A stretch of 35,719 nt of DNA from Thelocarpon superellum (Eukaryota): NCBI GenBank assembly GCA_026025795.1, contig JAPEUG010000154.1, positions 1 through 35,719 of the forward strand. Direction: 5' to 3'. The stretch's first letter is position 1. Each line of letters opens with the position of its first letter. A model generated the notes under the pieces. That model was not told where the DNA came from and did not search any database. It worked only from the letters and a program-made list of their open reading frames with translations. A program made the translations under genes and the position numbers. This document shows positions 21,776 to 33,314 of this stretch, piece after piece.

Positions 21776-21847
21776 CACGTGACCAGATCACGTGCGCGCT
21801 CCTACAGTAGTAGCTATTAGCGAGGGGTCCCCAGCAGCGCACGTGAC
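21776..21847. promoter_or_regulatory. Cluster of three RTCACGTG E-box (bHLH, Cbf1-type) motifs in the divergent promoter
   Basis: CACGTGAC 21776-21783, ATCACGTG 21787-21794 and CACGTGAC 21840-21847, between spf27 (ATG 21495, minus) and the microprotein (ATG 22105, plus). Confidence 0.5.
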
Positions 21848-22104
21848 ACAGTCAAATTTGTGCCCGTACAATAATCGTATTGTTTCACGCACCTGCGTCA
21901 TCGGTGACGCCAGGACCTGCCCGAGACCCGCCGGCTTGCATTCCAGGGAAAAGAGTACCAGTACGAAAGAGTACTGACATGAGGTCTCATATCCGATGCA
22001 CTCCGGAGAATATAGATGGTCATCTCCAACCATCACTACAAACCTATTAGTACATACCCTGGTACAGCCGTTCGCTTCTAACCTCCTATCTCGTGTCTCG
22101 CACC

Positions 22105-22514
22105 ATGGACTGCCTCCCCATCCCCTTCATCTGCTTCCAGTGCGGCACAGACCAGAACCCATGCCACTGTAAGGTCGTCGGCCCGACTGTGGGGTTTGCC
22201 GTGGCGATCGTGAGCGCCGTATGCTCCCCTTCCGCATGAGTCCCTTCTTTACGCGACGAATCCCGCAGCTGCTGCACTCGCTGGATACTAAGGTGCCACG
22301 AACAGATCATCTGCTGGCCAGGCTCATTACTGTGCGGTTGTTGCTTGAAGCAACCAGGAAAAGAGTGAGTTGGTTGTCACAGATAACTCTCGCCTCGGTC
22401 TCCCAGAGGACATCCTCGACTAGGGAAGGGCTGGGCTAACCATGAAGCGCCAATAGTGCACTTGGATACCCGGCACAGTGTAGTGGGCAAGTGTCAGACG
22501 CGATACCATTTTGA
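22105..22514 (+). CDS. Cys-rich single-pass membrane microprotein, 76 aa, 3 exons (22105-22218, 22306-22364, 22457-22514); not in the ORF track
   Basis: Strong start context CACCATGG. Introns GTATGC...TACTAAG...AACAG and GTGAGT...GCTAAC...AATAG are canonical and frame-consistent (231 nt total). Product MDCLPIPFICFQCGTDQNPCHCKVVGPTVGFAVAIVSAIICWPGSLLCGCCLKQPGKDALGYPAQCSGQVSDAIPF has 10 Cys and a central hydrophobic segment. Confidence 0.85.
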
Positions 22515-23039
22515 TGGATGAAGCGCGTGTACCGCGAGCAGTGACATGACCTTTGGTAATGTGCTCTTGTGAAAATTCGTGTTAGGTTTGACATTGGACA
22601 CCTTCTCTGCCTCTCCTTGGGCATTTGAAAATACTGCATGAATGAAAAAGTATGACCACATCGTCATAACAATGAGTCCGGTTGAGTGATTGCGTGGTGC
22701 CAAGGTGTGTCCCTGTGAAATGTTGCAGTGAAAGTGACCCTGTGACGATGTGCCATGAACGCGAGGATCGCATGCGACGTGCCCTTGTGTGCCCTCGTGT
22801 GCCCTTGTATAACGCTCTGAAGGGGGCTTCCAATTCAATCCTGCATCAGTGGTCATGATAACAGGCGGGATGATGCTCGGTGCAGGATCATTTGTCGTCA
22901 AATGAGGGTATCAGGATCTCGTGGGATGTCTGGTTGGTCGACTCCAATCGTTCCCTTTTCGGACCCAACCCCCCTTCATCATATCGACATTCACCACGTT
23001 CATTGTGTTCCAAGGTCGACGCCCACCACAATTGACCCA

Positions 23040-24585
23040 ATGGCTCGTCCAAATTCCTCTGTCTGCTCTTTTCTCTACACATTCAGCCCTCCACCAGTGC
23101 GTATGCCTTTACGCTCGCCGCCACAATCAACCCTCTTCGGACGCGTGCCGTTCTCTTCAAAGCATAGCAAAGTCCATTCTTCGAGCATCAGACGACACCC
23201 CCGTCCTTATTCAAGCCAGATCTCTTCCTTCAGACGAGAGCGGTCACCCCAACGAGGGACTTCGGACGAAAGATGCGGCCTCCACCCAAACCCAAGTCCC
23301 CCATCGCCACGCGTCAACAACGACGCCCCTTCCCGCCGTTGAAATACGACAAACGCCTCTTGCTTCAGGTCGACGAACTCCTGAAGGAGGCGTCCTTTGT
23401 CGACACCAGCCGCAGCCTCACACAGGAAGATGTGAGCCGCTCGCAGCTGGGCATGTCCAAGGAGCAGCAGGACTGGGTGTACGCACATCTGCAGCTCTGC
23501 CGAGCGCCCCAGATCCAGACCCAGCGCCGTGTCGATGGCTACATTAAGCATCTCGAGTACATGTGTGTTGATCCGGCTGCCTTGTGGAAAGACACGGACG
23601 GCCAAGACACGCTCATGTCTGATGGAGAGCTCGGACATCTCCTCGATGACTTTTATGATCCGCCAAAGTCAACGGAGCAAGCACAGGGCGTGGTGAGTGG
23701 GGAGCAGACCACGCCATCTCCGCCATGCACCCCACCATCTCGGACATTCTCCGCGTCCCCGCAACACACGGTACCTCAGCCGCCCACATCATCTCCACGC
23801 CTTTCATCCTCCTCTCGGCGTCCGGCGTCGCAGCAGCACCCAGTCCCTCAGCAGAGCCCGCAACCTCGATCAGCCCAACCTCGTCCTCCTCCGCGGGCGT
23901 TGGCCCCAAAGCACACCCATGCGCAGATTACGCCTCGGTCTCTCTCCTCGTCCGCTACGTCAAAGCGGTCTCCGACGGGCCCCACGATCACCGGCGTTGA
24001 CCCAAACAACGGCCACAGCCCAGAAGAGGAGCGATATGCCCTGCTATCTCTGAGTCGTAGCGAGGAGCCCCTCAATCAGCGACGGTCGAACCGAGAAGTG
24101 ATTCCCAACACCATCAACGTGTTCATGGTACCTCGGACGCCGCCCCAGGCAAGCCTGACGCCCCCGACCCCACACGCGGCCCACCCATCCGTAGTGATCG
24201 AAGAGCTACTAGTGGGCGAGCAGGTCTTCAGCGCGGCCGACATGACGGTCGGGAGGCCCCTTTGAGCACTCACACATTCCTCCCCGCTCTTCGTCCCATC
24301 AGACCCCAGTCACCCCGCATCTCATCCCATCTCAAAAGGCCGCCAGGCTAATCGCTCGTTACACGTACGCAGGAGATCCCGGTCCTATCACGGAGCCGCA
24401 CCCCGTCGCCGAAGAAGTACGCTCGCGTGCTCTCCGCCGCCCCTGCCCCCGCCGCCCAATCCCCGCGCTTCGACTACACGCGGCACTCCTTCGATCCTGT
24501 GTCGCCTTCGCCCGCGCCGGGCCCCCTTCTTCCCCGTCCTGCTCGCTCTTTGCCCCCTGCCGCTGCTCCCCGCCGGCGTCGGTGA
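23040..24585 (+). CDS. Hypothetical Pro/Ser-rich protein, ~449 aa, proposed exons 23040-23096, 23168-24247, 24373-24585
   Basis: The core ORF 23273..24265 has a globular-looking segment (LKYDKRLLLQVDELL...LGHLLDDFYD) followed by a low-complexity tail. Phase-0 introns GTGCGT..TAG (23097-23167, weak branch point) and GTCGGG..GCTAAT..CAG (24248-24372) extend it in frame. No family recognised. Confidence 0.5.
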
Positions 24586-24961
24586 GGAGGTTTGGTGGTC
24601 AGAGGGGTGTGGGGGAATTTGCGGGTGGGTTCTCTGCTGTCGATTTGTTTCTCTCTTGCGTGTGTTTCTCCTCTGCCCCCGGCGGCTCTCTTTGCGTATG
24701 TTGATCCTCTCCTTCCCATCGTCTCCTATGTTCATACGCGTCTTTCTTCTCTTTGTTTCTTCTCCTTGTCTCCCTTCTACGATGCCGATTAGATGAGCAG
24801 ATCCCGAGGGCGCAGATTCCGAGCTTGATGGCGATATTTCTATTGCTTTGCGCAGATAATGGAGATGATCATCATATGTGGAGTTCTCCCCTCAACTCTA
24901 TGTAGAACTTTGCTATGCAAGGATATGCTATGCCACGCTACGTCATTGATGATCCCAGATA

Positions 24962-27032
24962 TCACGGCTCCTTGGTCACGCCCTCACTCCGCTGCGCCTG
25001 CCGGGCCCGCTTTCCCGCCAAGCGCTCCTTGTCGCGCTGCATGCTCTGAATCAAGGCCGACCGCAGGCGAATACGATGGCCGTACTTGTAGAAGACAAAG
25101 GGGATGGGAATCAACATCACTTCCAGCAGTCCCAACAGCGTTCCTGCCCATTGAGGACCGAGGTTGCTGTAGAGTGCGCTGCCTGCTAGCGGGAGGAGGC
25201 CCCCCATGAGACTGGGCCGGGGAGGTGATTAGCTGGGTTTTGGAAAGATGCAGGCGGCAAGGCATACCTTCGTACCACTGTGCTACCTGCTAAGGCACTA
25301 GCCGCGTAGATACCATATGAGTTGGCCAGATAATTAGTAGCGTAGATGAAGATGATGGTATTTCCGGCTCCAAACTGAAGGAGGGTGTCAGTCCCACCGT
25401 GGAGCAAGAGAGGTGTAGGAAGTAGACAAATCACGCACCGGCACACCTGCCAACACACACCAGATCCAGTGCAGGTCTGCGGGCACGCAAGTCCAGGCAA
25501 ACCAGATCTCTCCCAGAGGGCTAAGGATCGCGGCCACGCAGATCACGGAGACCATGGCTTCCGGTGGTACTCTGCCTGTCTCCGGGTCGATCTTATGACC
25601 ATTGATGAGGCGGCGAATCAGCGGCTCCAGCCCAATAGCGAGGAAGGATCCAACGCCTATGCCGAGAAAGGAGAGACCGGCCAATCCAGGGGTCCATCCA
25701 CGTATTTGTGAAAAGACAATCGGATATGCCACAAAGCACAGGTACAAGATGCCGTAGACCACACCAATGTACAGGCACCAGAATTGGCTTTCCATCACGT
25801 TAGTCAACAGTCATCTACCCCCGGTTCTTCTTTTCTCGTCATCTTACCAGATTGGCTCAGTAAAGGTCATGACAAATGGACGAGACAAGTACAGTTTCAA
25901 GAGTGGCCACAAGTCCAGCTTGTCGTCATATCGAGAGTGCCATCGATTGTCTCCGGTCTCTTGCCGACGGCGCTTGGCCTTTCGACGAAGTATCGCGGGG
26001 GAGTATGTCTCGCGTACGCAGACAAGAGAGATCCAGGCCGTGCCCGCCACAATTAGCACCAGCCAATTCGTCCAGCGCCATCCAAGATATTGCACGACGA
26101 AGCCGCCGATGACGGGTCCCCAGATGGGTCCCAACATGGGGCCCATGGACCACATGGAGAACGCGAAGGCGCGGTATTCATCATTCACGATATCGGCGAC
26201 ACTGCCAGGCGCATTGGCTGATACGGTGGTCAAATCAGCCGTTGTTCTCAGATCACGTTTCGTTCACTCACCTATCATGACCGATCCCGCAAGTCCCCTA
26301 GCAGATCATTAGCCATAGCAAGAGACCTTGACAAGAAGTTCAGGTACCCGACAAATCGCCATGCCAAGATCTGGGCGATGGAAGTTGCCAAGGCACATGG
26401 TAAGAGCAACACGGTAAAGATGAACATGCTGATGATGTATACAGGTCGTCGCCCGTAAACCTCGCTGAGTGGGGCGCACACGACGGCGCCGATTGCCAGA
26501 CCCATCAAATACGTGGTGAGACCCAATGTGGAGATGATTTCTGACTGGATATGAAATTCCTCATTGAGCTGGGGGATCCCGCTCGTATATGATGTTGAAT
26601 AGAGGACGCTACTTCCAACGTCAATCGTCCGAGCCGCGCCGCTGACAAGGCCTGACGTGGGGAGACTCGGGGGCAAACGTACACGACCCAGGTGGAAAAC
26701 GACATGAGGAATACAATCACGCCGCGGAACCAGACGGACCAATTGTGGGGATTCATCGGATCATCCTCGCCTTCCCAGTCCACCTCAAAGGCGGGGTCCG
26801 TGGCATTCGTTCGGACGGACGTCGCTTGACGGGACACCTCAGGATATAACAGGCCGGACGGTGGGCCGGACAAGCCCTTCTCAGCATCTCCGATCCGGTC
26901 ATCTTGCGTGTGTATTGAAGCAGTGCGGGGGCTCGCTTGGTGAGAGGTCGACGGAGATGTCGCTGAAGGCGAGTTGAGTAGATCATTGGGAGATCGGTCC
27001 GATTGCATCATGGGGGGTCGCGTTGCTGTCAT
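24962..27032 (-). CDS. MFS drug:H+ antiporter (DHA1, Tpo/Flr/Mdr1-like), ~570 aa, 7 exons (27032-26683, 26608-26348, 26297-26272, 26217-25848, 25787-25439, 25374-25268, 25211-24962)
   Basis: Motifs VDWEGEDDPMNPHNW, APLSEVYGRRPVY (motif A), GPMLGPIWGPVIGG (motif C), LGWRWTNW, ETYSPAIL, LSRPFVMTFTEPI, YAASALAG, IPIPFVFYKYGHRIR. All six introns are GT-AG and the exons sum to 1713 nt. The start could instead be ATG 27011. Confidence 0.93.
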
Positions 27033-28797
27033 CCACACTGGCACGCTCGATGGTGATGTTCCCGGCACAAGACAGCTTCACGTTCGTAAGGTGGATGATG
27101 TCGGCACATCTAGATGCATTCGAAGTCTCTAGGTCGCCGTGGACGATGGACGAAACCAAGGCGGGTCGAACAATGCGGAGGCGAAAGAATGAAACAGGCG
27201 GCAAAAGGAGGTCATGAATGGGGCGTGAAGAAGAGAAAAACGTGGAAGACGGGCTGCTGTCGCATTATGGGCCGCCAGAAAATGACGGCGATCACTGTCA
27301 TGGCTTTCCACGGCCTGACGAAGCCGCTTCTAAGCGGGGCGCCTGTCGTTTCACCGCCACCTTAGTCACGTCGACGTCAAGATGCACCGTGGGAGGGTGG
27401 GAAGGGAGCGCTAAGAGCGTGTACCGGTGCGGGTGTGGGTGCAAGTGCAAAGGCGGGTGCAGGGTGCAAGGAGCACGGCGTGCGGGGTGGTTGAAGGTGG
27501 TGGGAGAAGCTTCGAATGGGCCCATGGGGGGCAGCGGACCACGTCTAGGCCCTCCGCAGTCCCTGTAGACATACCTAATGGGAGCGGCGTCGTCCCCATT
27601 ATCGCGGCCGCATACCCGAGCACGACCCCACGACGCTGGGTGGGCCGCACTTGCACCCACCGCTCCCTCCAAGATCTCCCAGCAGACAGGTCGATGACGG
27701 ACCTTTCAAGCATTATGCAGGTTCGACGACTTGACAGCTCCCGACCCGGCCGATCATCTACCCTCCTGCGCGGCCAACCCCGCCAGAAAGGGCATCTTTG
27801 TGTACCCTACTTCCTCGTCGGGGCTTCACGCCATCTGTAGGCAAGCTGTATGCTCTACCCTGCATCCTGTATCCTGTACCTTGTACGCGCGAGCTTTACG
27901 TGCATGCGCGTGCAGACCTGAGGTGAAACCGGGAGTCTCGCATCGCTACGGTTTATCTGTGCGTGGGTGGCGAGGAGAAGTCTTCATCCAAATGACTGGA
28001 TCCTCACCATCCTCCAAGTCTCACCTACCTAGGCCTAGGGAGTCAGTCACGGCGGATGGAGACGAAAAGCTGACAAGCCCTGTGTGACGCGTGGGGGGAA
28101 GATTGTCGTCCGACGGACAGAAGACTTTCATCCTCGTCTACGAGAACTATCCGACCGGGATCGTACCAGCGGTTAGCGAGTGATCCGCCTATCATGGGCC
28201 CTCTCGTCCCTCCTCCGTCATCGCAAACGAGCTTGGCCCATCACCTGCCAGAAGGAGAGCGTGTCCGAGCTCGCCGGGTCAAGCGAGGGTGACCGGTCCG
28301 CGACTCGACCGTGAGATGATCAGTGCCAAGGTCCCGACAAGCCCTCCCGACGCCCCGAAGGTCCGTCCCGCATGGGGACCGATGATTAATTGCCAGCCTC
28401 GTAGCCCGGCGGTCCATGGTCCCATCCAGCAGCTGCGCACGCGCCACGCCGCCAGACACGCCATAGCCATCACAACATGCAGCTGTCCGCCGTGTCGCTA
28501 CGGCCGGAGGCGACGGTAGAGGCAGTTGAGCTTCCAGAAGCTCCGTCTTGGAACAAGATCCCGCTCAACCACGTCGGTCCACCCGCGTCTGGTCTGCCCG
28601 GCCGTCAACCTCGGCCAGCGTAGCCTCATTGGTGGAGCTCTACCCGTTCATCACCATCTCACGATGGAACCATGAAACCAGACGGACCGTGGCCATGTCC
28701 CACCGGAGGTCATGCCAGGCTGGTGCCTCCGAGGGCGGGGCCGAGGCGTTGCACCCTCAGCGAGCATCCAAGAGCACCATCGAGAAGGGTTCCGGGA

Positions 28798-28803
28798 TAT
28801 AAA
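28798..28803 (+). promoter_or_regulatory. Probable TATA box of the carboxypeptidase gene
   Basis: TATAAA about 80 nt upstream of ATG 28879, in otherwise GC-rich DNA. Confidence 0.5.
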
Positions 28804-28878
28804 GTGAGTGATGGCCGGGAGGAAGGAGTCGGTCTGGTCCTTGGACAATCATCGTCATCCGTCATCCTACCCTCCACC

Positions 28879-30482
28879 ATGCGTGCCTCTTCCATGCTCG
28901 CCGCGGCCACGGCCATGACGGGGCTGGCCACCGCCGCCCCTCACGCCGCCAACCTCAAAGACAAGCGCTCCTTTGAGGTCGACCATGGTGTCAACTACAC
29001 CGTCTTCGAGCACGCCGCGACGGGCGCGTCGATGAAGTTTGTCACCAACTCGGGCATCTGTGAGACCACGCCCGGCGTCAATCAATACTCGGGCTACCTC
29101 TCCGTCGGGGACAACGAGAACATGTTCTTCTGGTTCTTCGAGGCCCGCAACAGCCCAACCACGGCCCCGTTGGCCACCTGGTTCAACGGTGGGCCGGGAT
29201 GCTCGAGCATGATCGGCTTGTTCCAGGAGAATGGGCCGTGCCACTTTGTCAATGGTGAATCCACGCCCAGTCTGAACCCTTATAGCTGGAACGAGTACGC
29301 CAATATGCTGTACATCGATCAACCCATCGGCGTGGGCTTCTCCTACGGCTCCAACCCCGCTAGCTCCACAGCCACCGCTGCGCCGCTGGTCTGGGCGCTC
29401 CTGCAGGCCTTCTATGCCCAGTTCCCGCAGTACGAGAGCCGTGAGTTCGGTCTCTTCACGGAGTCCTACGGCGGACAGTAAGTGCTCTATCTTGAAGTGG
29501 TAAGAGGCAGGAACTGACGATCAACGCAGCTACGGACCCGGCTTTGCGAGCTACCTCGAAACGCAGAACGCGGCCGTCGATGCCGGCACGGTCAAGGGCG
29601 AGAAAGTCGACCTGATCGCGTTGGGCATCAACGATGGCTGGTTCGACCCGGTCCTTCAGTACAAGGCCTACATCGACTACAGCGCCAACAACTCCTTCTC
29701 GGGTCAGATCTCGGCGTCGGATGCGTCGTCGTACATGGACAGCTACAGCAACGACTGTGTCCCCGCGCTGCAGGCGTGCCAAAGCTCCGGCTCCGATCAG
29801 GACTGCTCCAACGCCCAGCAGACGTGCTATAGCGAGATCGAAGGCGCCCTCACCCAAGTCGGTGATTTTGACGTCTATGACGTCCGCGCGCCCAGCAATG
29901 ATCCCAATCCGCCTGAGACCTACTCCAGCTATCTGTCGTCGTCATCCGTCATGAAGGCCATTGGAGCCCAGTCCAGCTACACCGAATGCAGCAACCCGGT
30001 GGGCAACCAGTTCTCCGAAACGGGCGATAGTAAGCTTTGGTCCCCACGTCGGTCCTCCCTTGCCTGGCTCACATTCCGCTAGACTCGCGCACCTACCTCC
30101 CTGCCTTGAGCAGCGTTGTGCAGTCGGGCGTACGAACGGTCGTGTGGGCCGGCGACGTCGACTGGATCTGCAACTGGTACGGCAACCAGGCGGTGGCCAA
30201 CGCGGTTGATTATCCCGGCCACTCCACATTCGAGAGCACCGACCTGGCTCCGTACAGCGTCAACGGCAAGCAAGGCGGCACTTTTAAGACGGTGGATAAC
30301 TTCAGCTTCCTCCGGGTCTTCCAAGCCGGTCACGAAATTCCCTTTTACGGTGAGTACTTGACATGAGCTTCATCTCGCTGCTGCCCACAGGACAAGTCTA
30401 ATCATGGCGCCATACAGCTCCTGAGGTCGCTCTCCAAGTCTTTACGCAGACGATGAAGAAGCAGCCTCTTGCCTCGACGTGA
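28879..30482 (+). CDS. Secreted serine carboxypeptidase (peptidase S10, carboxypeptidase S1-like), 476 aa, 4 exons (28879-29477, 29530-30029, 30083-30349, 30418-30482)
   Basis: Signal peptide MRASSMLAAATAMTGLATA and a Kex2-type KR site. Motifs CETTPGVNQYSGY, WFNGGPGCSSM, YIDQPIGVGFSY, catalytic Ser TESYGGHYGP, WAGDVDWICN (Asp) and AGHEIPFY (His). Three GT-AG introns; exons sum to 1431 nt. Confidence 0.95.
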
Positions 30483-31085
30483 GCAACAAACGTATTATCA
30501 TGACAGGAAGAGGACCGTGGCTGCATTTCATATCTTCCTCTTCTCACTCCGTCCATGTCCCTGGTCTGTCTCGATCTACGGTTTTGTCCATGTGTAAAGC
30601 CAAGTGGAAGGCAGAGGAGCACAATGTGTGTGAGCGCACTGAGGTACGAACGGAACATGTATATTCTTGTGATTCACGGAGCGGAACGGGGATGGAGGGA
30701 GGGAAGGAACGCGTCATTGTATCTATGGTATATTCTCTAGTACTCCCGTGCTCCTGTCTCTGTTTCCTCGCCATGCGATTATTGTGCAAATGTCCCTTTC
30801 ACATCTCATCAGTCATGTTTATACTCACGCAAAATGCCAATACGCTTGAAATGATGCATGAACATGCGAAATTCAGAGACACCGGGGGCCAAAGAACACG
30901 GAAATGGAAGTCATCGCTAAGTATCCTTAGCCATGATCAAATGTCAAATGAAGTCAATTCAAATCAGCGCTAACTCCCTTCCACCAAAACAGTACAAGGG
31001 AGGTATCTAGCTAAAGCGACCACGATCTAGATCGAACTTTGGGACGGGTGCCGATATGCACAACCACTTCTTCCAAGGACAGCTG

Positions 31086-32241
31086 TTAGAATTTATGGTG
31101 CGGAGAATGGAGATCGCGCTGCGGGTAGGGACGCAGGAGGTGCGCGTTGTTCAGATCCTGAGCCTCCGGGTCATTTTTCTCTTTGGGCACCGCTTTGTAC
31201 GTATTTGGGAGGCGGCCTTCGAGACCTCGTCGTGCTCGTACTGTTGCGCTGCATGTCAGTGCGTGACGGGGGAATGGGGGGCTGGAGAGGGAAGATAAGA
31301 GAACGAGGGACGTACGCATGAAGACGATGACGAATTCGACCACCACCGGTAGCCAGATGAGCACGCTGACAAGCTGACCAAACTGCCAGTCTTGCGACGC
31401 TAGGAGTCCGTGGACTTCCTGGTCCAGTTGTTGTTCGGGTACGAAGTGGTGGTGGACCAGGACGTAGAGGATGAGCTGAACAACGTGAAGGAGGAGAAGA
31501 AGGTAGGGAAGGGTTGTTCTGACGCTGCGGCCGAGCCGTGTCATGCCACCGGACGATTTCATGGTGGTATGAAGGAAGAGGAAGGTGTAGCTCAAAATGG
31601 AGACAGTAATCCAGAACAGGACACAGATTCCAATATAGCTGCTCTTCATCGCACCCAGGTGGTCCACGAAAAAAGGCACGCATTGATCGAGTGGGTATGT
31701 TGTTGCGAGCATGGCCTTGCCGGTGAAGGCAGTGACGGCGATAGACAAAAGGACGGAGAAGAGCAGGAGCGTCAGTCGATATTGCCGCCGTCGCATGTGC
31801 TCCCACGCGGAGCCTAGGGCTCCAAGGGTGATGGCAATGGACAAAAAGGCCGTGAAGCAGATCATCAATGCGTTGTAGGTGAGCCCGATTCCCCGACTGA
31901 GCTGGAAGAGCGCAGCAATCTGCCATGATAACGCCAGGAAGCCAGCCGTGTCGAATAGAATCAGAGACGATGCGGTAAAGCTGGCTCGCCATCGTTACAA
32001 GGTCGCCGAGGGCTGACCGCTGGAGCGGCGGTACCTGGCCTCATAGAAGGCGTCGAAGCCTACATGGAAGAAGACTAAGGCCGTCCCAAAGACGTACGAA
32101 GCGAGCACCTGTATCGTCCAACGTGTCAGTTAGGTCCGTCATTCGTGGCAAGGGGAAGGCACATACTCCAATCCCGGAAATATCGGGAATGTCGATTCCC
32201 CCGAGCTTGACGCAGCTCGAAGGACTAGGAGTGAACCCCAT
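31086..32241 (-). pseudogene. Fungal multi-pass membrane protein (PDIxGIGV ... WxFGQ type) with an in-frame TAA; either a pseudogene or rescued by a cryptic intron
   Basis: Exon 32241-32167 (MGFTPSPSSCVKLGGIDIPDISGIG), intron GTATGT..CTGAC..CAG (32109-32166), then VLASYVFGTALVFF...SATL*RWRASFTASSLILFDTAGFLALSWQIAAL...DWQFGQLVSVLIWLPVVVEF. TAA at 31995-31997 is in frame with ORF 31086..31868. A further intron is likely at 31241-31315. Confidence 0.6.
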
Positions 32242-33314
32242 TGAATGGCGTGGGTTCGCTTTGGATGTTCTGGGAGCAAACCCATCCGACGAGAGGGACG
32301 TGGCCGTCGGTGGGGGCCCCTTATCAATGGCATCATGTCGCCATGAATGACTCGATGCCGTCCGGTCGGATCAAACCGCGACCGGCGAAGGAAGTAGGAA
32401 GATCCGGCCATGAGAGGAAATGAGGCAAGGTCTACGTAAGCAAAGAGTCGATGAGCTGAAGAGGTGGGACGGCTTGAAGGGACGCCCGGAACGCTTCCAG
32501 TCCGGTGTGGCAAACAAGAGACCCTACCGGCTCGATGCTTGTTGGGGGGTTTTTAAATCTGCGAGGACGACTCGAAAATAGGTTATTGTGCTGCCTGGCG
32601 GAGACTTGCAATGCCGGCGTCGAGCAGTGGTTGGTGGACTAATCAGTACCTGCATCGTCAAAAGTAGGCTAGTTTTCACCAACCCTGCCGGTCCCTCTCG
32701 AAGGTCTGGACCGCTCAGCCTCGTTGGAGAGGAAGAGGCGTGGGCGGAGCCGCTCTGTGGCTGGTCCGGACGAGGCACAGGTGGACTATCGATTGTAGAC
32801 GATGCTCGGACCCGGCAAAAGGGAGACCTCGCCAGTGATTAGTGGGACCCTGTACGCATCCGTTGTTACTAAGTGATCATCTATGTGGACTCCAATCAGG
32901 TCCAAATTCGCTCGTGGCATTGAACGTGGAGCAGAGTCAATTCCGTATGTCCCGAGCCTCATAGTAGTGTCGGGACCAGAGCCTACCCCAAGGCCGAGCA
33001 CTTGGCAGTTACCAGGTTCGAACGCAATAATCCCGGGAGGTGCAACAGCATCGGTTCCCTGTCGATGGTTGAGAGTGATCGTGTGTCCTACCGTGAATCA
33101 TGAGTGTTGGCCGACTTTGGGCGAGCCCCAGAGCAAACTACTTCGGATGATTGGTAATACTCAAGGCTGGCATCAAGTGAATGAATGACCGCGAGCCACC
33201 CTTTACGTGTCGTAGACGTTTGCACAATATCATCTCCGTCAGCCCTCTTCGATTGGTGGGCGAAGCAGGATCATCATTCGGACTTTTCTAGCTTTCCAAG
33301 AAGCTCTCCACGCC

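Noticed and set aside
27050..28800. Possible genes between the MFS transporter and the carboxypeptidase
   Set aside because: Short ORFs on both strands with no recognisable motifs; fits a divergent promoter region.
32990..33030. GGTTCGA T-loop-like motif suggesting a tRNA (also at ~27720)
   Set aside because: No flanking T-stem, acceptor stem or A-box could be formed.
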